DNA of 57,133 bases. It comes from Chloroflexota bacterium. Its GTDB lineage: Bacteria; Chloroflexota; Dehalococcoidia; UBA2247; JAXHVC01. Both the position numbers and the translations under genes were made by a program. Below the pieces are notes generated by a model, which was not told the origin of the DNA, ran no database searches, and worked only from the letters and a program-made list of their open reading frames with translations. Shown here one piece after another: positions 18,456 through 28,870 of the stretch. The stretch is from contig JAXHVC010000003.1 of assembly GCA_034189315.1 (NCBI GenBank), forward strand, positions 1-57,133, read 5' to 3'. Each line of letters opens with the position of its first letter. The stretch's first letter is position 1.

Positions 18456-18626
18456 ACAATCGTTAACCAGTATCTGAGTGTATGTATTATACTTAGATTA
18501 CCACTCGATGGCAACGGCTATGAACCTGGACCGGAGAGGGCTTGTCATTAAGGCAAGCCTGTTCTACTATTTAGCTCTTGTGTAGACCAAACAGATCACA
18601 CTACACTCGTGTAGATGGAGGGAAAC

Positions 18627-20330
18627 ATGCGTATGACGAACCACTTCGGCAAAACGCTGCGACAGATTCCAGCAGATGCTGATACTCTGAGCCATCAACT
18701 ACTGCTCAGGTCTGGAATGATGCATCAGGTGGCAACCGGTGTATATGCATACCTACCTTTGGGTTGGCAAACACTGAAAAAGATAGAACATATTATCCGG
18801 GATGAATTGGACCATGCAGGAGGTCAGGAATTATTAATGCCTGCCCTGCAGCCATATGAATTATGGGAGAAGACAGAAAGGGACATGGCCTTTGGCAAGA
18901 CGTTATTCACTCTAGTCGATCGTAAAGAGCGGACACTATGTCTTGGACCGACCCATGAAGAAGTTATTACAACACTAATCAAGTATAACGTACAGAGCTA
19001 CAGAGATCTCCCCCTGCTTCCATACCAGATTCAGACAAAGTTTCGTGACGAGCCTCGCCCGAGGGGAGGGCTACTCCGTGCCAGAGAATTTACCATGATG
19101 GATCTTTATAGCTTCGATATAGACGAAGAAGCTGCAGATACTAGCTATCGTAAAATGATTCAAGCCTATAACAACATCTACAAAAGATGTGGACTTCCCA
19201 CCCTAATGGTTGAGGCCGATAGCGGCGCAATCGGCGGAAAAGACTCCCATGAATTCATGGTGATCACCCCAAGTGGAGAGGACGAGGTTATCAGTTGCTC
19301 ACATTGCGACTACGCCGCAAATATGGAAAAGGCACAGAGTATTAAGCCAAAACAACCTACTGGCGATCCTCTGCCAATCGAAGAAGTCCATACTCCCGGG
19401 AAAAAGACTATCGAAGAAGTTGCTAGCCTTTTACAGGTACCACATAGCCAAACATTAAAGGCGGTTTTTTATTCTGCAGATGGACAAATAGTCTTCGTGG
19501 CCATTAGAGGAGACCTTGAGGTGAACGAGATCAAACTGAAGAACGCTCTTAAATGCTTTGATCTACACCTGGCTGATGAAGAAGAAGTAGCCGCAGCAGG
19601 ATTAGTGGCCGGTTCCGCTTCTCCGCTTGGTCTCACTGAAATCAAAACCATTGGCGATGATTCCATCACAATGGGCTCCAACTTCGTCGCCGGTGCCAAC
19701 AAGGCCGACTACCATCTCAAGAACGTTAATTATCCCCGTGACTTCCAGATTGATGAACTTCTGGATATCGCCACAGCTCAACCAGGTCACGAATGCCCAC
19801 GCTGTGGAAAGCACCTCACCTCCACTCGTGGAGTGGAAGTAGGGCATATCTTCAAATTAGGAACGGTATTTAGTAAGAAACTGGGAGCGCTATTTCTTGA
19901 CAAAGATGGTGAACACCGGCCAATTATCATGGGATGCTATGGCATTGGTGTAGGGAGATTGCTCGCTGCAGCTGTGGAACAAAATCACGACGACAAAGGC
20001 ATCATCTGGCCCATGCCCATAACTCCACATCATGTTTACTTATGCACATTGGGAGCGGACAATGAAGATGTTACACAGGTTGCAGACAAACTATATAAGA
20101 AACTTCAAAGTGCTAGTCTTTCTGTGCTATTCGACGACCGTTCCGAATCCCCTGGAGTGAAACTGAATGATGCAGACCTACTAGGCATACCACTAAGAGT
20201 GGTCATAAGTACACGAACACTAAAACAACAAAGCGTGGAAATCAAACTACGTAAGGAGAAAGATGGTCAATTAATACCCATCGACAATGCGGCAAAGACC
20301 ATTAAAGAACTTGTCAAGGATTGGAGTTGA
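18627..20330 (+). CDS. proS: proline--tRNA ligase, bacterial type with an insertion/editing domain
   Basis: Class II motifs (FRDEPRPRGGLLRAREFTMMD; GCYGIGVGRLLAA). The N-terminus MRMTNHFGKTLRQ is typical of the family. The length is consistent with an INS domain. GGAGG lies 5 nt before ATG 18627; ATG 18615 is the alternative start. Confidence 0.95.
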   Translation: MRMTNHFGKTLRQIPADADTLSHQLLLRSGMMHQVATGVYAYLPLGWQTLKKIEHIIRDELDHAGGQELLMPALQPYELWEKTERDMAFGKTLFTLVDRKERTLCLGPTHEEVITTLIKYNVQSYRDLPLLPYQIQTKFRDEPRPRGGLLRAREFTMMDLYSFDIDEEAADTSYRKMIQAYNNIYKRCGLPTLMVEADSGAIGGKDSHEFMVITPSGEDEVISCSHCDYAANMEKAQSIKPKQPTGDPLPIEEVHTPGKKTIEEVASLLQVPHSQTLKAVFYSADGQIVFVAIRGDLEVNEIKLKNALKCFDLHLADEEEVAAAGLVAGSASPLGLTEIKTIGDDSITMGSNFVAGANKADYHLKNVNYPRDFQIDELLDIATAQPGHECPRCGKHLTSTRGVEVGHIFKLGTVFSKKLGALFLDKDGEHRPIIMGCYGIGVGRLLAAAVEQNHDDKGIIWPMPITPHHVYLCTLGADNEDVTQVADKLYKKLQSASLSVLFDDRSESPGVKLNDADLLGIPLRVVISTRTLKQQSVEIKLRKEKDGQLIPIDNAAKTIKELVKDWS

Positions 20331-20362
20331 TATTAGGGAGAGCAGTAATGGCAAGCACAGCT

Positions 20363-21724
20363 CTAAAGCTTATGTCTCCATTCTGTACCACTTGGATTAT
20401 CCTCCAATACGATTGAGAGTTCACTAAGTGATGTGCGAATCTTATCAGCTAGCTCCCATTGCTTTTTCTTCCTCAATTCGCTGCGGATGGAAACAAGCAA
20501 GTCGATAAATGGCGCTGCTGAAACGTCTGCACTGCTATCCTCAAGAGACAAGCCTAGAATCCCCGCGAGTTCACAAAGCCTTCGTTGCGAACCCTCAACA
20601 GAGAATCCATCAGCACTGAAACGATTGATATCTCTGGCAAGATCGAACAGAGTAGCGATTGCCTGGGACGTATTAAGATCATCATCCATGGCAGCAGTAA
20701 ACCTTTGGACATAGGCTTCTTTATCGATGTCCGCATCTCCACGCTCCCCCCCTTTGGCCCGGAGGGCTTGGCGTAGCCTTTCCACACCCTTTTCTGCCGC
20801 ATCAACACCCTCATCCGTATAAGTTAATGGGCTTCGATAATGAGAGCTTAGCACGAACAATCGGAGTGCATCTGCGCTATGTTGTTCCAGGACTTCCTTC
20901 ACTGTCACCAGATTCCCCAGCGACTTGCTCATCTTTTCTTCACCCAATTGAACTAATCCATTGTGCAACCAGAACCTAACAAATGGAGTAATCCCAGTGA
21001 ATGACTCAGATTGAGCTATCTCGTTTTCATGGTGTGGAAATATGAGATCCTGGCCACCGCCATGAATATCCAATGTTTCCCCAAGGTATTTAAGTGCCAT
21101 TGCAGTACACTCAATATGCCAACCTGGCCTCCCTTCACCCCAAGGGCTTTCCCATCTTGGCTCACCCGGCTTGGCAGCCTTCCATAGCACAAAATCCAGA
21201 GCATGTTCTTTCTCGTCACCCACTTCGACACGCGCACCAGCCATGAGTGAATCTAGACTCTGATGACTAAGCTTGCCATAATTGTCATCCTTACGCACCC
21301 GGAAATAGACGCCATCATCAGTCTGATAGGCATATCCCTTTTCTATTAATCCCCCGATCACTTCTATCATCTTGGGTATTTCCTCTGTAGCCTTGGGATA
21401 GATATCTCCTCTCTGAATATTCAGTGCATCCATATCCCTGAAATACCTAGCAATATACTCATCAGCTAACTCCTGTTGAGTAAGTCCGAGCTTATTCGCA
21501 CGCTCAATAATCTTGTCGTCGATATCGGTGAAGTTCTGAACATACTTGACACTATACCCTAAGAACCTCAGATACCTCCGAAGGGTATCAAAAATTATGT
21601 AGCTCATAGCATGTCCAATATGACACTCACTATAAGGTGTCACACCACAAACATACATAGATACAGTGTCTCCAGAAGAGACGAACTCTCTCTTTCGCCC
21701 TGAAAGACTGTTATATAGCTTCAC
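20363..21724 (-). CDS. cysS: cysteine--tRNA ligase
   Basis: HIGH motif (CHIGHAMSY), KMSKS motif (KMSKSLGN) and the zinc-site context [11 protein letters not shown] start. Convergent with proS. Confidence 0.95.
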   Translation of the reverse strand: MKLYNSLSGRKREFVSSGDTVSMYVCGVTPYSECHIGHAMSYIIFDTLRRYLRFLGYSVKYVQNFTDIDDKIIERANKLGLTQQELADEYIARYFRDMDALNIQRGDIYPKATEEIPKMIEVIGGLIEKGYAYQTDDGVYFRVRKDDNYGKLSHQSLDSLMAGARVEVGDEKEHALDFVLWKAAKPGEPRWESPWGEGRPGWHIECTAMALKYLGETLDIHGGGQDLIFPHHENEIAQSESFTGITPFVRFWLHNGLVQLGEEKMSKSLGNLVTVKEVLEQHSADALRLFVLSSHYRSPLTYTDEGVDAAEKGVERLRQALRAKGGERGDADIDKEAYVQRFTAAMDDDLNTSQAIATLFDLARDINRFSADGFSVEGSQRRLCELAGILGLSLEDSSADVSAAPFIDLLVSIRSELRKKKQWELADKIRTSLSELSIVLEDNPSGTEWRHKL

Positions 21725-22051
21725 CGTATTATATAGTTCCTTTCCCTTACACTAAGAGAGTACCTGACTAGCCTTTTGGCTACATCCTCATACCTCACAC
21801 TAGATAGAATATCATCACCACATTGCAGTGTCCACGGTCAATACTCATTATTGGCTACACTTCCTATTTCGAACCGATAACAACAAAGAACTTGACTATC
21901 CGACAAGGTCCTCATACAAGAGCTGTCACCAAATTGGCCAATTCACCGTTCGAGTGACTGACACCACTCATTCAACTACTATGGGTGGCAGCCTATCGCC
22001 TTCAATGATAAAATAGTACGATCGTTTAATGGAGTACTAAACGAGAGTTAA

Positions 22052-23959
22052 TTGAACAACTTAACAGGTAATACCCCAACTTCAGTCATGGAGCTTTTAC
22101 GGCGCCCTACTTTTCAAGCTCTTGCACTATCCCTAATATATGTCTTCGTATTTTCAGCGTTTTGCCTTCTTAGGCATTGGTCATACAACAGCTGGACTCT
22201 TGACTTAGGTATATTCACACAGTCACTGTACACAACTCTACAGGGCAATATTCTTTATATGAGTCCATCTGGGATGTCACAACTTGGCTATCACTTCCAA
22301 CCAATCCTTTTTCTACTTGTCCCTGTATTCTGGATAGCACCATATGCAGAAACTCTACTAATCGTCCAAACCCTAGCTCTAGGCTTCTCCGGTTATCTCA
22401 TCTACCGATTAGCAGTGATTCAAGGCTTATCCCATAAAGCTGCACTAATTGTGGAAGGTATTTTCTTTCTGTGCCCATTGCTCCATGGAGTAAACCTTTT
22501 CGACTTTCATCCTGTGGCACTGGCTATACCCACACTCCTAATAATGATCATTGGACTTGTACAACGCAGATGGGTGATTTTCACTATTGGATTAGTACTA
22601 AGTCTGATGACAAAAGAGGATGTGTTAATGGCCCTGGCAGTATTCGGAGTAGTTATGCTAGCGGCCGAGTACTATAAAACCAGGATCGTGGATAAAGCAT
22701 ATTTGGCTATATTTGCTTCTAGTATCGCTACCTACGCTTTTGCCGCGATACTAACCAGTGTTATCTCTGGTGGTGACTCTCCTATGCTTGCATATGGAAA
22801 CCTTCGTTACGAGTATATGGATGGAAATCCAATACAAATAATACAGGGAGCTATTAGCGCTGCGCTGCGTTGGGATTCGATATTTTTGTTCCTGTGCTAT
22901 TTCTGGCCATTAGCCTTTCTACCCTTGCTATCCCCCCTATGGATAGCTCCTGTATTATTCATCCTTGGTAAAGACATGGCAGCGACAGAAGGAGCTCAAA
23001 AGACACTGCATCAATACCCTGCAGCTGCAATACCTTTCCTCTTCGCATCTTTTATCCTGGTACTACGACAGGATTCATTCAAAGAGGCTTTTGCCACCAT
23101 TCCACAAAGATTCACGAAACTACTACCCATAGTTGCAATCCTCATGCTATTGGGTTTCAATTTCCTGGTCAATTTACACCCCAGTAGTGCGTTTAGAGAT
23201 GTAAGCCGTCTGAGTCATCACGATCGGGCAATCAACGCCATTATCGAGCTTATCCCCGACGAATCCAGTGTAACAGCACCATATCATATCTTCTCTCACT
23301 TGAGCATGCGAACAGATACCTATTCACCCTACGAACCGGTCAAACCCAATGTTTTCCATGGTGAATTTGGATTGCTCCATGTAACCACCGATTACGTGAT
23401 AATCGACTTGCATCGTATGCGCGACTATAAAGCCGGGTACGAAGAAGATCATATTAATTGGGAGGATTACATAGCTGGGACATATGGATTATTGGCGCAT
23501 ATAGATGGAATCAGCCTGTTGCAACGTAATTACAATGGACCACCGATACTGACAGAAATCAACGATACCGAAGGATTCCAGGCCACTATATTTGATGATA
23601 CTGAATTCAATAATACCGCAGTACAGTCTCAGTATTTCTCCTCTAATCTGCACGATTTACATATATCTGGAGTTATTCCTGGAATCGTTTCAAGTGAGAC
23701 ATGGTCCATGCAGCTCAAGTGTACGGTCGATGTTCGCGAGGACACCCTACGTACTATTCATCTGTCTAGCGACGGCGGAGCCAGCCTGTGGATCAACGAA
23801 GAACTAATCATCGAACCAGGTGTCATATCTCGCGATGTTGAAGTGTTTTTACAGCAAGGATCTCATGAAATCCTACTAGGTTATCGTCCAGAAAATGGCG
23901 GATCCTTTGACCTCAATCTCGGGGATTTGATGGTTCATCGTCCTCATGATGACGGTTGA
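22052..23959 (+). CDS. DUF2079-family polytopic membrane protein (GT-C-like) with a C-terminal PA14-like domain
   Basis: The N-terminal ~380 aa are multi-TM, with SWTLDLGIFTQSLY...GYHFQPILFLLVP typical of DUF2079. The C-terminal ~130 aa (FQATIFDD...HLSSDGGASLWINEELII) resemble PA14. TTG start at 22052; ATG at 22088 is an alternative. Confidence 0.75.
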   Translation: MNNLTGNTPTSVMELLRRPTFQALALSLIYVFVFSAFCLLRHWSYNSWTLDLGIFTQSLYTTLQGNILYMSPSGMSQLGYHFQPILFLLVPVFWIAPYAETLLIVQTLALGFSGYLIYRLAVIQGLSHKAALIVEGIFFLCPLLHGVNLFDFHPVALAIPTLLIMIIGLVQRRWVIFTIGLVLSLMTKEDVLMALAVFGVVMLAAEYYKTRIVDKAYLAIFASSIATYAFAAILTSVISGGDSPMLAYGNLRYEYMDGNPIQIIQGAISAALRWDSIFLFLCYFWPLAFLPLLSPLWIAPVLFILGKDMAATEGAQKTLHQYPAAAIPFLFASFILVLRQDSFKEAFATIPQRFTKLLPIVAILMLLGFNFLVNLHPSSAFRDVSRLSHHDRAINAIIELIPDESSVTAPYHIFSHLSMRTDTYSPYEPVKPNVFHGEFGLLHVTTDYVIIDLHRMRDYKAGYEEDHINWEDYIAGTYGLLAHIDGISLLQRNYNGPPILTEINDTEGFQATIFDDTEFNNTAVQSQYFSSNLHDLHISGVIPGIVSSETWSMQLKCTVDVREDTLRTIHLSSDGGASLWINEELIIEPGVISRDVEVFLQQGSHEILLGYRPENGGSFDLNLGDLMVHRPHDDG

Positions 23960-25266
23960 TAGAATCAAACCGTAAAGGTAACCAATTGCATAGCAAAACC
24001 ATTTCAGTGGAAAGTCTAGGATGCAAACTCAACCAGGCAGAACAAGAAGAGCTCTCCAGACAATTTGTTCGTGCAGGTTGGAGATCAGCTGTATCCCCAT
24101 CCCAAGCAGATGTCTATGTTCTTAATACCTGCACAGTCACTCATGTTGCCGATCGTAAGGTTCGTCAAAAGATCCGATGGGTACGACGTAATAACCCAAA
24201 AGCACAGATAATCGCCATAGGGTGCTATGCACATCAGGCTCCAGAAAGATTGCTAGCAGCAGGAGCAGACCTGGTACTAGATAATAATAATAAGGTCAAT
24301 CTACCTGAAATGCTAGATGTTGAGAATGCAGTGCCATCACCGATGTCAGCCCCAATTAATCCTATTATACCCAAAGGGAGAACTCGTTCACTCGTAGAAA
24401 TCCAAAGTGGGTGTGATCATAACTGCAGTTTTTGTATTGTACCATCCACAAGAGGGCATTCACGGAGTGTGCCATTTGACCATGTTATCACCTCAGTAAG
24501 AGAGCGAGTAAACGAAGGCTACAAGGAAGTTGTACTCACTGGCACAGAAATAGGTGCCTACAGTAGCGAAGGTCAAGGAATCTTGGACTTAATAAAGGCT
24601 ATTCTAGGCAAGACCAATGTCCAACGATTGCGACTCTCTTCCCTTCAGCCACATGAATTAACACCAGAACTACTCGATCTATGGACCACAAATCGACTAT
24701 GCAACCATCTCCACATATCATTGCAAAGCGGTAGTGATTCGGTCCTTCGTAGAATGAAGCGTAGTTATGACACAGCCACATTCCACAATACTGTTCTTAC
24801 GGCCCGAAAAGCGATATCAGACTTAGCTATTACCACCGATGTCATCATTGGTTTCCCAGGCGAAATCGATGCAGAATTCGAAGAGAGCTTTCGCTTCTGT
24901 CAAGATATAGAATTCAGTAGTATACATGCTTTTCCATTCTCAGCCCGACCAGGCACATCAGCGGAAACCATGCGTCCTCAGGTAAAAGAGGATATCAAAA
25001 GGGATAGGATCAGAAGAATGCTGCACCTTTCCGAGTGCATGAGTCATCGCTTTAGAGAACGGTTCCTAGGACAAGTGTTACATGTGCTTTGGGAAAAGGA
25101 ATCAAGTAGTGGCACTTGGAATGGGCTCACAACCAATGGTCTCCGGGTTTTTCTAGTGGACCACTGTAAAAACGGAGGTCATTCGCTCTCTAACCGTATT
25201 CTTCCGGTAAGAATAGTCGGCACCAGTGCCAAAGGACTTTGTGGACACTTGATTAACAACATATAA
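23956..25266 (+). CDS. mtaB: radical-SAM methylthiotransferase, MtaB-like (MiaB/RimO family)
   Basis: UPF0004 N-domain (SVESLGCKLNQAE...YVLNTCTVT), radical SAM cluster motif CDHNCSFC, and a C-terminal TRAM-like region. The TTG start overlaps the upstream stop by 4 nt. Confidence 0.85.
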   Translation: MIESNRKGNQLHSKTISVESLGCKLNQAEQEELSRQFVRAGWRSAVSPSQADVYVLNTCTVTHVADRKVRQKIRWVRRNNPKAQIIAIGCYAHQAPERLLAAGADLVLDNNNKVNLPEMLDVENAVPSPMSAPINPIIPKGRTRSLVEIQSGCDHNCSFCIVPSTRGHSRSVPFDHVITSVRERVNEGYKEVVLTGTEIGAYSSEGQGILDLIKAILGKTNVQRLRLSSLQPHELTPELLDLWTTNRLCNHLHISLQSGSDSVLRRMKRSYDTATFHNTVLTARKAISDLAITTDVIIGFPGEIDAEFEESFRFCQDIEFSSIHAFPFSARPGTSAETMRPQVKEDIKRDRIRRMLHLSECMSHRFRERFLGQVLHVLWEKESSSGTWNGLTTNGLRVFLVDHCKNGGHSLSNRILPVRIVGTSAKGLCGHLINNI

Positions 25267-25541
25267 TATGGCTCATCTGATTGACAAATTGAGATGCTAT
25301 ATAAACGGAGAGCTATAAAAACAGAATATCAAGGGAATTGGCCAAACCCAATATAATAGTGTTATCATAACAACGGCTCTGTGTCACCTACGCTAAGATA
25401 CCCTTAACCCATATTAATCCAATAGGTATCAATAACGGTAAAAATCAACTACAGCTCGTAGTAGCATCTCAGAAATATCCGAACACTGGTGTAATCCAGG
25501 TTTGAACGCAGTACACTGTTCAAAACCAAAAGGCCAAATCG

Positions 25542-25850
25542 ATGGACGATATACTAAATGAAGCATCTTCTGTGGTAGAATGCAGTCAATGTCCTTGGTA
25601 TAGAAACTGCGTAATGCCTATGCGGATTCAACCCGATGAATTCAAGAGAGAACTCCAAAAAAACATGCCCACAGCCGAAGGCACGGGGCAACAAGACCAG
25701 GAGTTCTATAAAATGTTGGTTAGTGCTGCTGAAGCTTCTCAGAATATGTACCTAGAAGCCTGTCCGGTGTTTATCCAACGGCTAAAGGCAAGCCCAAGGC
25801 TTGCGGAGAAGCTAAGGAAGACGATGCAATCCTGGGGATTCGAGGACTAG
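25542..25850 (+). CDS. hypothetical Cys-containing protein (102 aa)
   Basis: Clean ORF with coding-like composition and four Cys (CSQCPWYRNC...EACP). No family was recognised and the SD is weak. It ends 10 nt before tRNA-Ala. Confidence 0.45.
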   Translation: MDDILNEASSVVECSQCPWYRNCVMPMRIQPDEFKRELQKNMPTAEGTGQQDQEFYKMLVSAAEASQNMYLEACPVFIQRLKASPRLAEKLRKTMQSWGFED

Positions 25851-25860
25851 AAATAAAAAT

Positions 25861-25936
<76 letters not shown>

Positions 25937-26366
25937 TAGCGTACAATAGTGGAAATCAGGATGTCTTCTTGAGTTACCCCTTTAGTAAGCGTTGGAATAG
26001 TATTCATTGGCACCGCTCGATCACCCACGACTTTCACTTCCTTGACAAAGCCTCTAAGGAAAGCCCTTATCTCCCTAAATTCACTATCATTGAGGATCTT
26101 CTGCTAATCTACTACATAGTGAGACACCATTCCCTCAACAGCTATCGATACCTTCACGACGATTTCAAATGTGACCGATGTTGCCGAACTCTGGACAAGG
26201 GGTTTGGGCTTGTGAACTTCCCTGCTTTTCATTAAGGAGTGCCTTGGGGATGTGTTGGTGTGTATTAGAACGAGATGTGCTATCCTACCGTTGAGTTAGC
26301 AAGGGTATGTGAGTAATTAATGGATCTCCCCCACTGAACAAGGATAGCATGAACAGGAGAGAAAAA

Positions 26367-26747
26367 ATGGAAAGATTATCCACTGATAAGGCTCCAGCAG
26401 CAATAGGACCCTACTCCCAAGCCATGAAAGTTTGCGACTTCTTGTTTCTGTCAGGGCAGCTAGGGCTCGATCCAGTCACCATGAAGCTTGCCGGCGAGGA
26501 CATAGAAACACAAACGAGACAGGTCTTCAGTAACATGACGGAGATTCTAAGAGCCGCCGGTATCGATTTGAGCAATGTCGTAAAGGTCACCGTTTTCTTG
26601 TACAGTATGGAGCACTTCAAGGCCGTGAATGCACTTTACGCTGAAGCCTTTGGGGAACACAAACCGGCACGATCGGCGGTACAGGTTGCACGTCTACCCA
26701 TGGATGCACTGATTGAGATAGAAGCTATTGCTATCTGCAAGGAATAG
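26367..26747 (+). CDS. ridA: RidA/YjgF/TdcF-family reactive intermediate deaminase
   Basis: APAAIGPYSQA...LFLSGQLGLDP...KVTVFL...PARSAVQVARLP...IEIEAIA. AGGAGA SD lies 6 nt before ATG 26367. Confidence 0.9.
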   Translation: MERLSTDKAPAAIGPYSQAMKVCDFLFLSGQLGLDPVTMKLAGEDIETQTRQVFSNMTEILRAAGIDLSNVVKVTVFLYSMEHFKAVNALYAEAFGEHKPARSAVQVARLPMDALIEIEAIAICKE

Positions 26748-26806
26748 CAGTTAAGTCTGGCACCAACTACCTTTGAACTGAACTCAATACATGTTCGATA
26801 GTAGAC

Positions 26807-26828
26807 GGGGTCAGGTCATGAATTTTTA
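26807..26828. repeat. degenerate inverted copy of the RAYT-tail repeat
   Basis: ggggtcaggtcatgaattttta matches the reverse complement of gtcaagattcaagacctgac (26904-26923) at about 16 of 20 positions. It could pair with the 26901-26933 copy. Confidence 0.4.
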
Positions 26829-26900
26829 GTATCGATGACAGGATAACGTAACAATATGGTAGTATGGCTGTTTTATGATAGTGACCAAACGGCATAACTG

Positions 26901-26933
26901 AATGTCAAGATTCAAGACCTGACACTATTCGCG
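26901..26933 (+). repeat. RAYT-tail repeat copy A (REP-like), abutting the ABC-2 permease stop
   Basis: aatgtcaagattcaagacctgacactattcgcg versus aatgtcaagatttaagacctgaccccattcgtg at 29278-29310 (about 5 mismatches). Weaker similarity extends upstream to about 26878. Confidence 0.6.
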
Positions 26934-27668
26934 TTAGCCCTTGTTTCGGTAGATATTCATGGCTAGTGGGGCAAAGATGATAAGCAGCACCGCGCTAGGG
27001 ATTAAGACCCAGCCAATTTCAGCAGTAGGAAAGGTTCCGGACGTGAGATCCCTTGCCGCCGTTACCAGGTGAGTAACAGGATTCACCTCCACCACTGACT
27101 CCAACCATCCGGGCATAGTCTGAGGTGCAACAAAGACGTTACTCACAAAGGTAATCGGCATCAGTAGCATCATACTCACGGCCATTAGGGACTCCGGTGT
27201 CCTCATGACAAGACCAAGAACAATCCACACCCATGAGAGACAGGATGCAAATACGATCAGAAGGGCCACCGCAAGTACCACACCAATCACACCACCCTCT
27301 GGCCGATAGCCCAGTATTACCCCAAGAGTTACGACAACCGTGGAGGCAGTTGTATATCTCACCACATCGGCCAGCAAAGCACCAACGATGACGCTCGGTC
27401 GCCATATGGGCAAGGATCGGAACCGATCAAAAACACCCTTCTTGATATCGTTGTTGAGGCCTACTCCGGTATAGACGGTTGTAAAAATCACCATCATGAC
27501 CAGAATACCAGGTAGCACGAACTGCAGGTATTCTCCCGTGGAACCCGCCAGAGCCCCACCAAAGAGATAGGTAAACATGAGCAAAAATATAATTGGGGAT
27601 AAGGTGACATCGAACATTTGTTCTGGAACATGCCTGATCTTCATTAATGCCCGCCACCAGAAGGTCAT
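26934..27668 (-). CDS. ABC-2 type exporter permease (DrrB-like)
   Basis: Six predicted TM helices. The N-terminal WWRALMKIRHVPEQ and the overall pattern are typical of ABC-2 permeases. It lies immediately downstream of the cognate ATPase. Confidence 0.85.
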   Translation of the reverse strand: MTFWWRALMKIRHVPEQMFDVTLSPIIFLLMFTYLFGGALAGSTGEYLQFVLPGILVMMVIFTTVYTGVGLNNDIKKGVFDRFRSLPIWRPSVIVGALLADVVRYTTASTVVVTLGVILGYRPEGGVIGVVLAVALLIVFASCLSWVWIVLGLVMRTPESLMAVSMMLLMPITFVSNVFVAPQTMPGWLESVVEVNPVTHLVTAARDLTSGTFPTAEIGWVLIPSAVLLIIFAPLAMNIYRNKG

Positions 27669-27760
27669 TACTGAAGAGAAGGCAGAAACTCGCTGCGCAC
27701 GAGCATGATCGGATAGGATTGAGCGACGTATTTCGGAGGAGGAAGCTGTCGAAGATGCCG

Positions 27761-28735
27761 TTATTTTTTATCCTCCTCTGAGAGAGTCTCCGCTGCATGA
27801 CCAGTCAAGGTAAGGAAGACCTCATCCAAACTCGGTTGACCGAAGGAGAAACTGTCAACAATAACACCCACCTGGGCAATCCCTTGCAAAACCTTTGTCG
27901 CATCTTCAGGGGAAGAAAGCCGAGCAGTGAGTTCTGCAGGGTCAGAGTCCAAATGCACGGGAATATCAAGTCGTTGTGAAAGGAATTCTTCAGCTTCTTG
28001 GCGCTTTTTCGAGTCCTCGAAACGCAAATGTAGCGCACCACGGCCTACCTTAGACTTTAGTTCGCCACCCGTACCTTCTGCAATAATCCTACCATTATCG
28101 ATGACAGCCATGCGCTCCGCCAGGGCATCTGCTTCGTCCAAATACTGCGTCGTAAGAAATACGGTGATGTTATCGGCAACCAACTCACGGATGATGTCCC
28201 AAATCTGGTTCCGGTTACGAGGGTCTAGCCCGGTGGTGGGCTCATCCAGAAACAGCAACTCCGGTGTTGTCACCAGACTGGCAGCGATATCAGCACGGCG
28301 GCGCATACCACCCGAATAGGTCTTTATGAGTCGCTTGGCAGCCTCCTCCAGCTCAAAGAATCCGAGGAGGTCATTGGCCCTCTTACTAGCCTGCGACCAG
28401 GAATAACCACGTAGACGTGCCAATAATACTAGGTTCTCATATCCGGTGAGGTCTTCGTCTAGGGAGGCGAATTGTCCGGTCAAACTAACGCGTTGGCGCA
28501 CTTCATTGGCCTGCTTCGCCACATCATACCCAAAAACCTTGGCCTTCCCCTCATCAGGTCTCAGCAAGGTCGCAAGCATACGGATAGTAGTGGTCTTTCC
28601 CGCACCATTCGGTCCCAGAAATCCATACACACGGCCAGACTTCACATGCAAGTCAACACCCTCTACGGCACGGGTCTTTCCAAAGGATTTGACAAGTCCC
28701 CAGGCCTCAACGGCAGGTGCGGAGTTGCTTTTCAA
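27761..28735 (-). CDS. ABC exporter ATP-binding protein (DrrA-like, daunorubicin-resistance type)
   Basis: Walker [11 protein letters not shown]-loop, signature YSGGMRRR and Walker B LLFLDEPT. The track ORF runs to 28915, but its first ~60 codons are antisense to the RAYT pseudogene and are non-homologous. TTG 28735 with GGAG 6 nt upstream gives a family-typical [19 protein letters not shown] start. Confidence 0.85.
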   Translation of the reverse strand: MKSNSAPAVEAWGLVKSFGKTRAVEGVDLHVKSGRVYGFLGPNGAGKTTTIRMLATLLRPDEGKAKVFGYDVAKQANEVRQRVSLTGQFASLDEDLTGYENLVLLARLRGYSWSQASKRANDLLGFFELEEAAKRLIKTYSGGMRRRADIAASLVTTPELLFLDEPTTGLDPRNRNQIWDIIRELVADNITVFLTTQYLDEADALAERMAVIDNGRIIAEGTGGELKSKVGRGALHLRFEDSKKRQEAEEFLSQRLDIPVHLDSDPAELTARLSSPEDATKVLQGIAQVGVIVDSFSFGQPSLDEVFLTLTGHAAETLSEEDKK

Positions 28736-28870
28736 TTGATGCTCCAGAGTTGCAGTGCACTGCTCATGGATAATCCTAGATAATATTGTATCAAACGCTG
28801 CAGCCTTTGACACGGATGGGGGCAGGTCTTGAATCTTGACATCGCTAACAAGATGAAATATCAATACAGT

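Noticed and set aside
18456-18626. Checked for a T-box leader upstream of proS
   Set aside because: The spacer is too short (about 160 nt). It lacks the AGAGA/GNUGGNA and T-box (…GGUGNNACCGCG…) elements and has no terminator/antiterminator pair.
28446-28783. Plus-strand ORFs antisense to the ABC ATPase (28446..28739, 28472..28783, 27927..28319)
   Set aside because: They are shadow ORFs opposite a well-supported ABC cassette.
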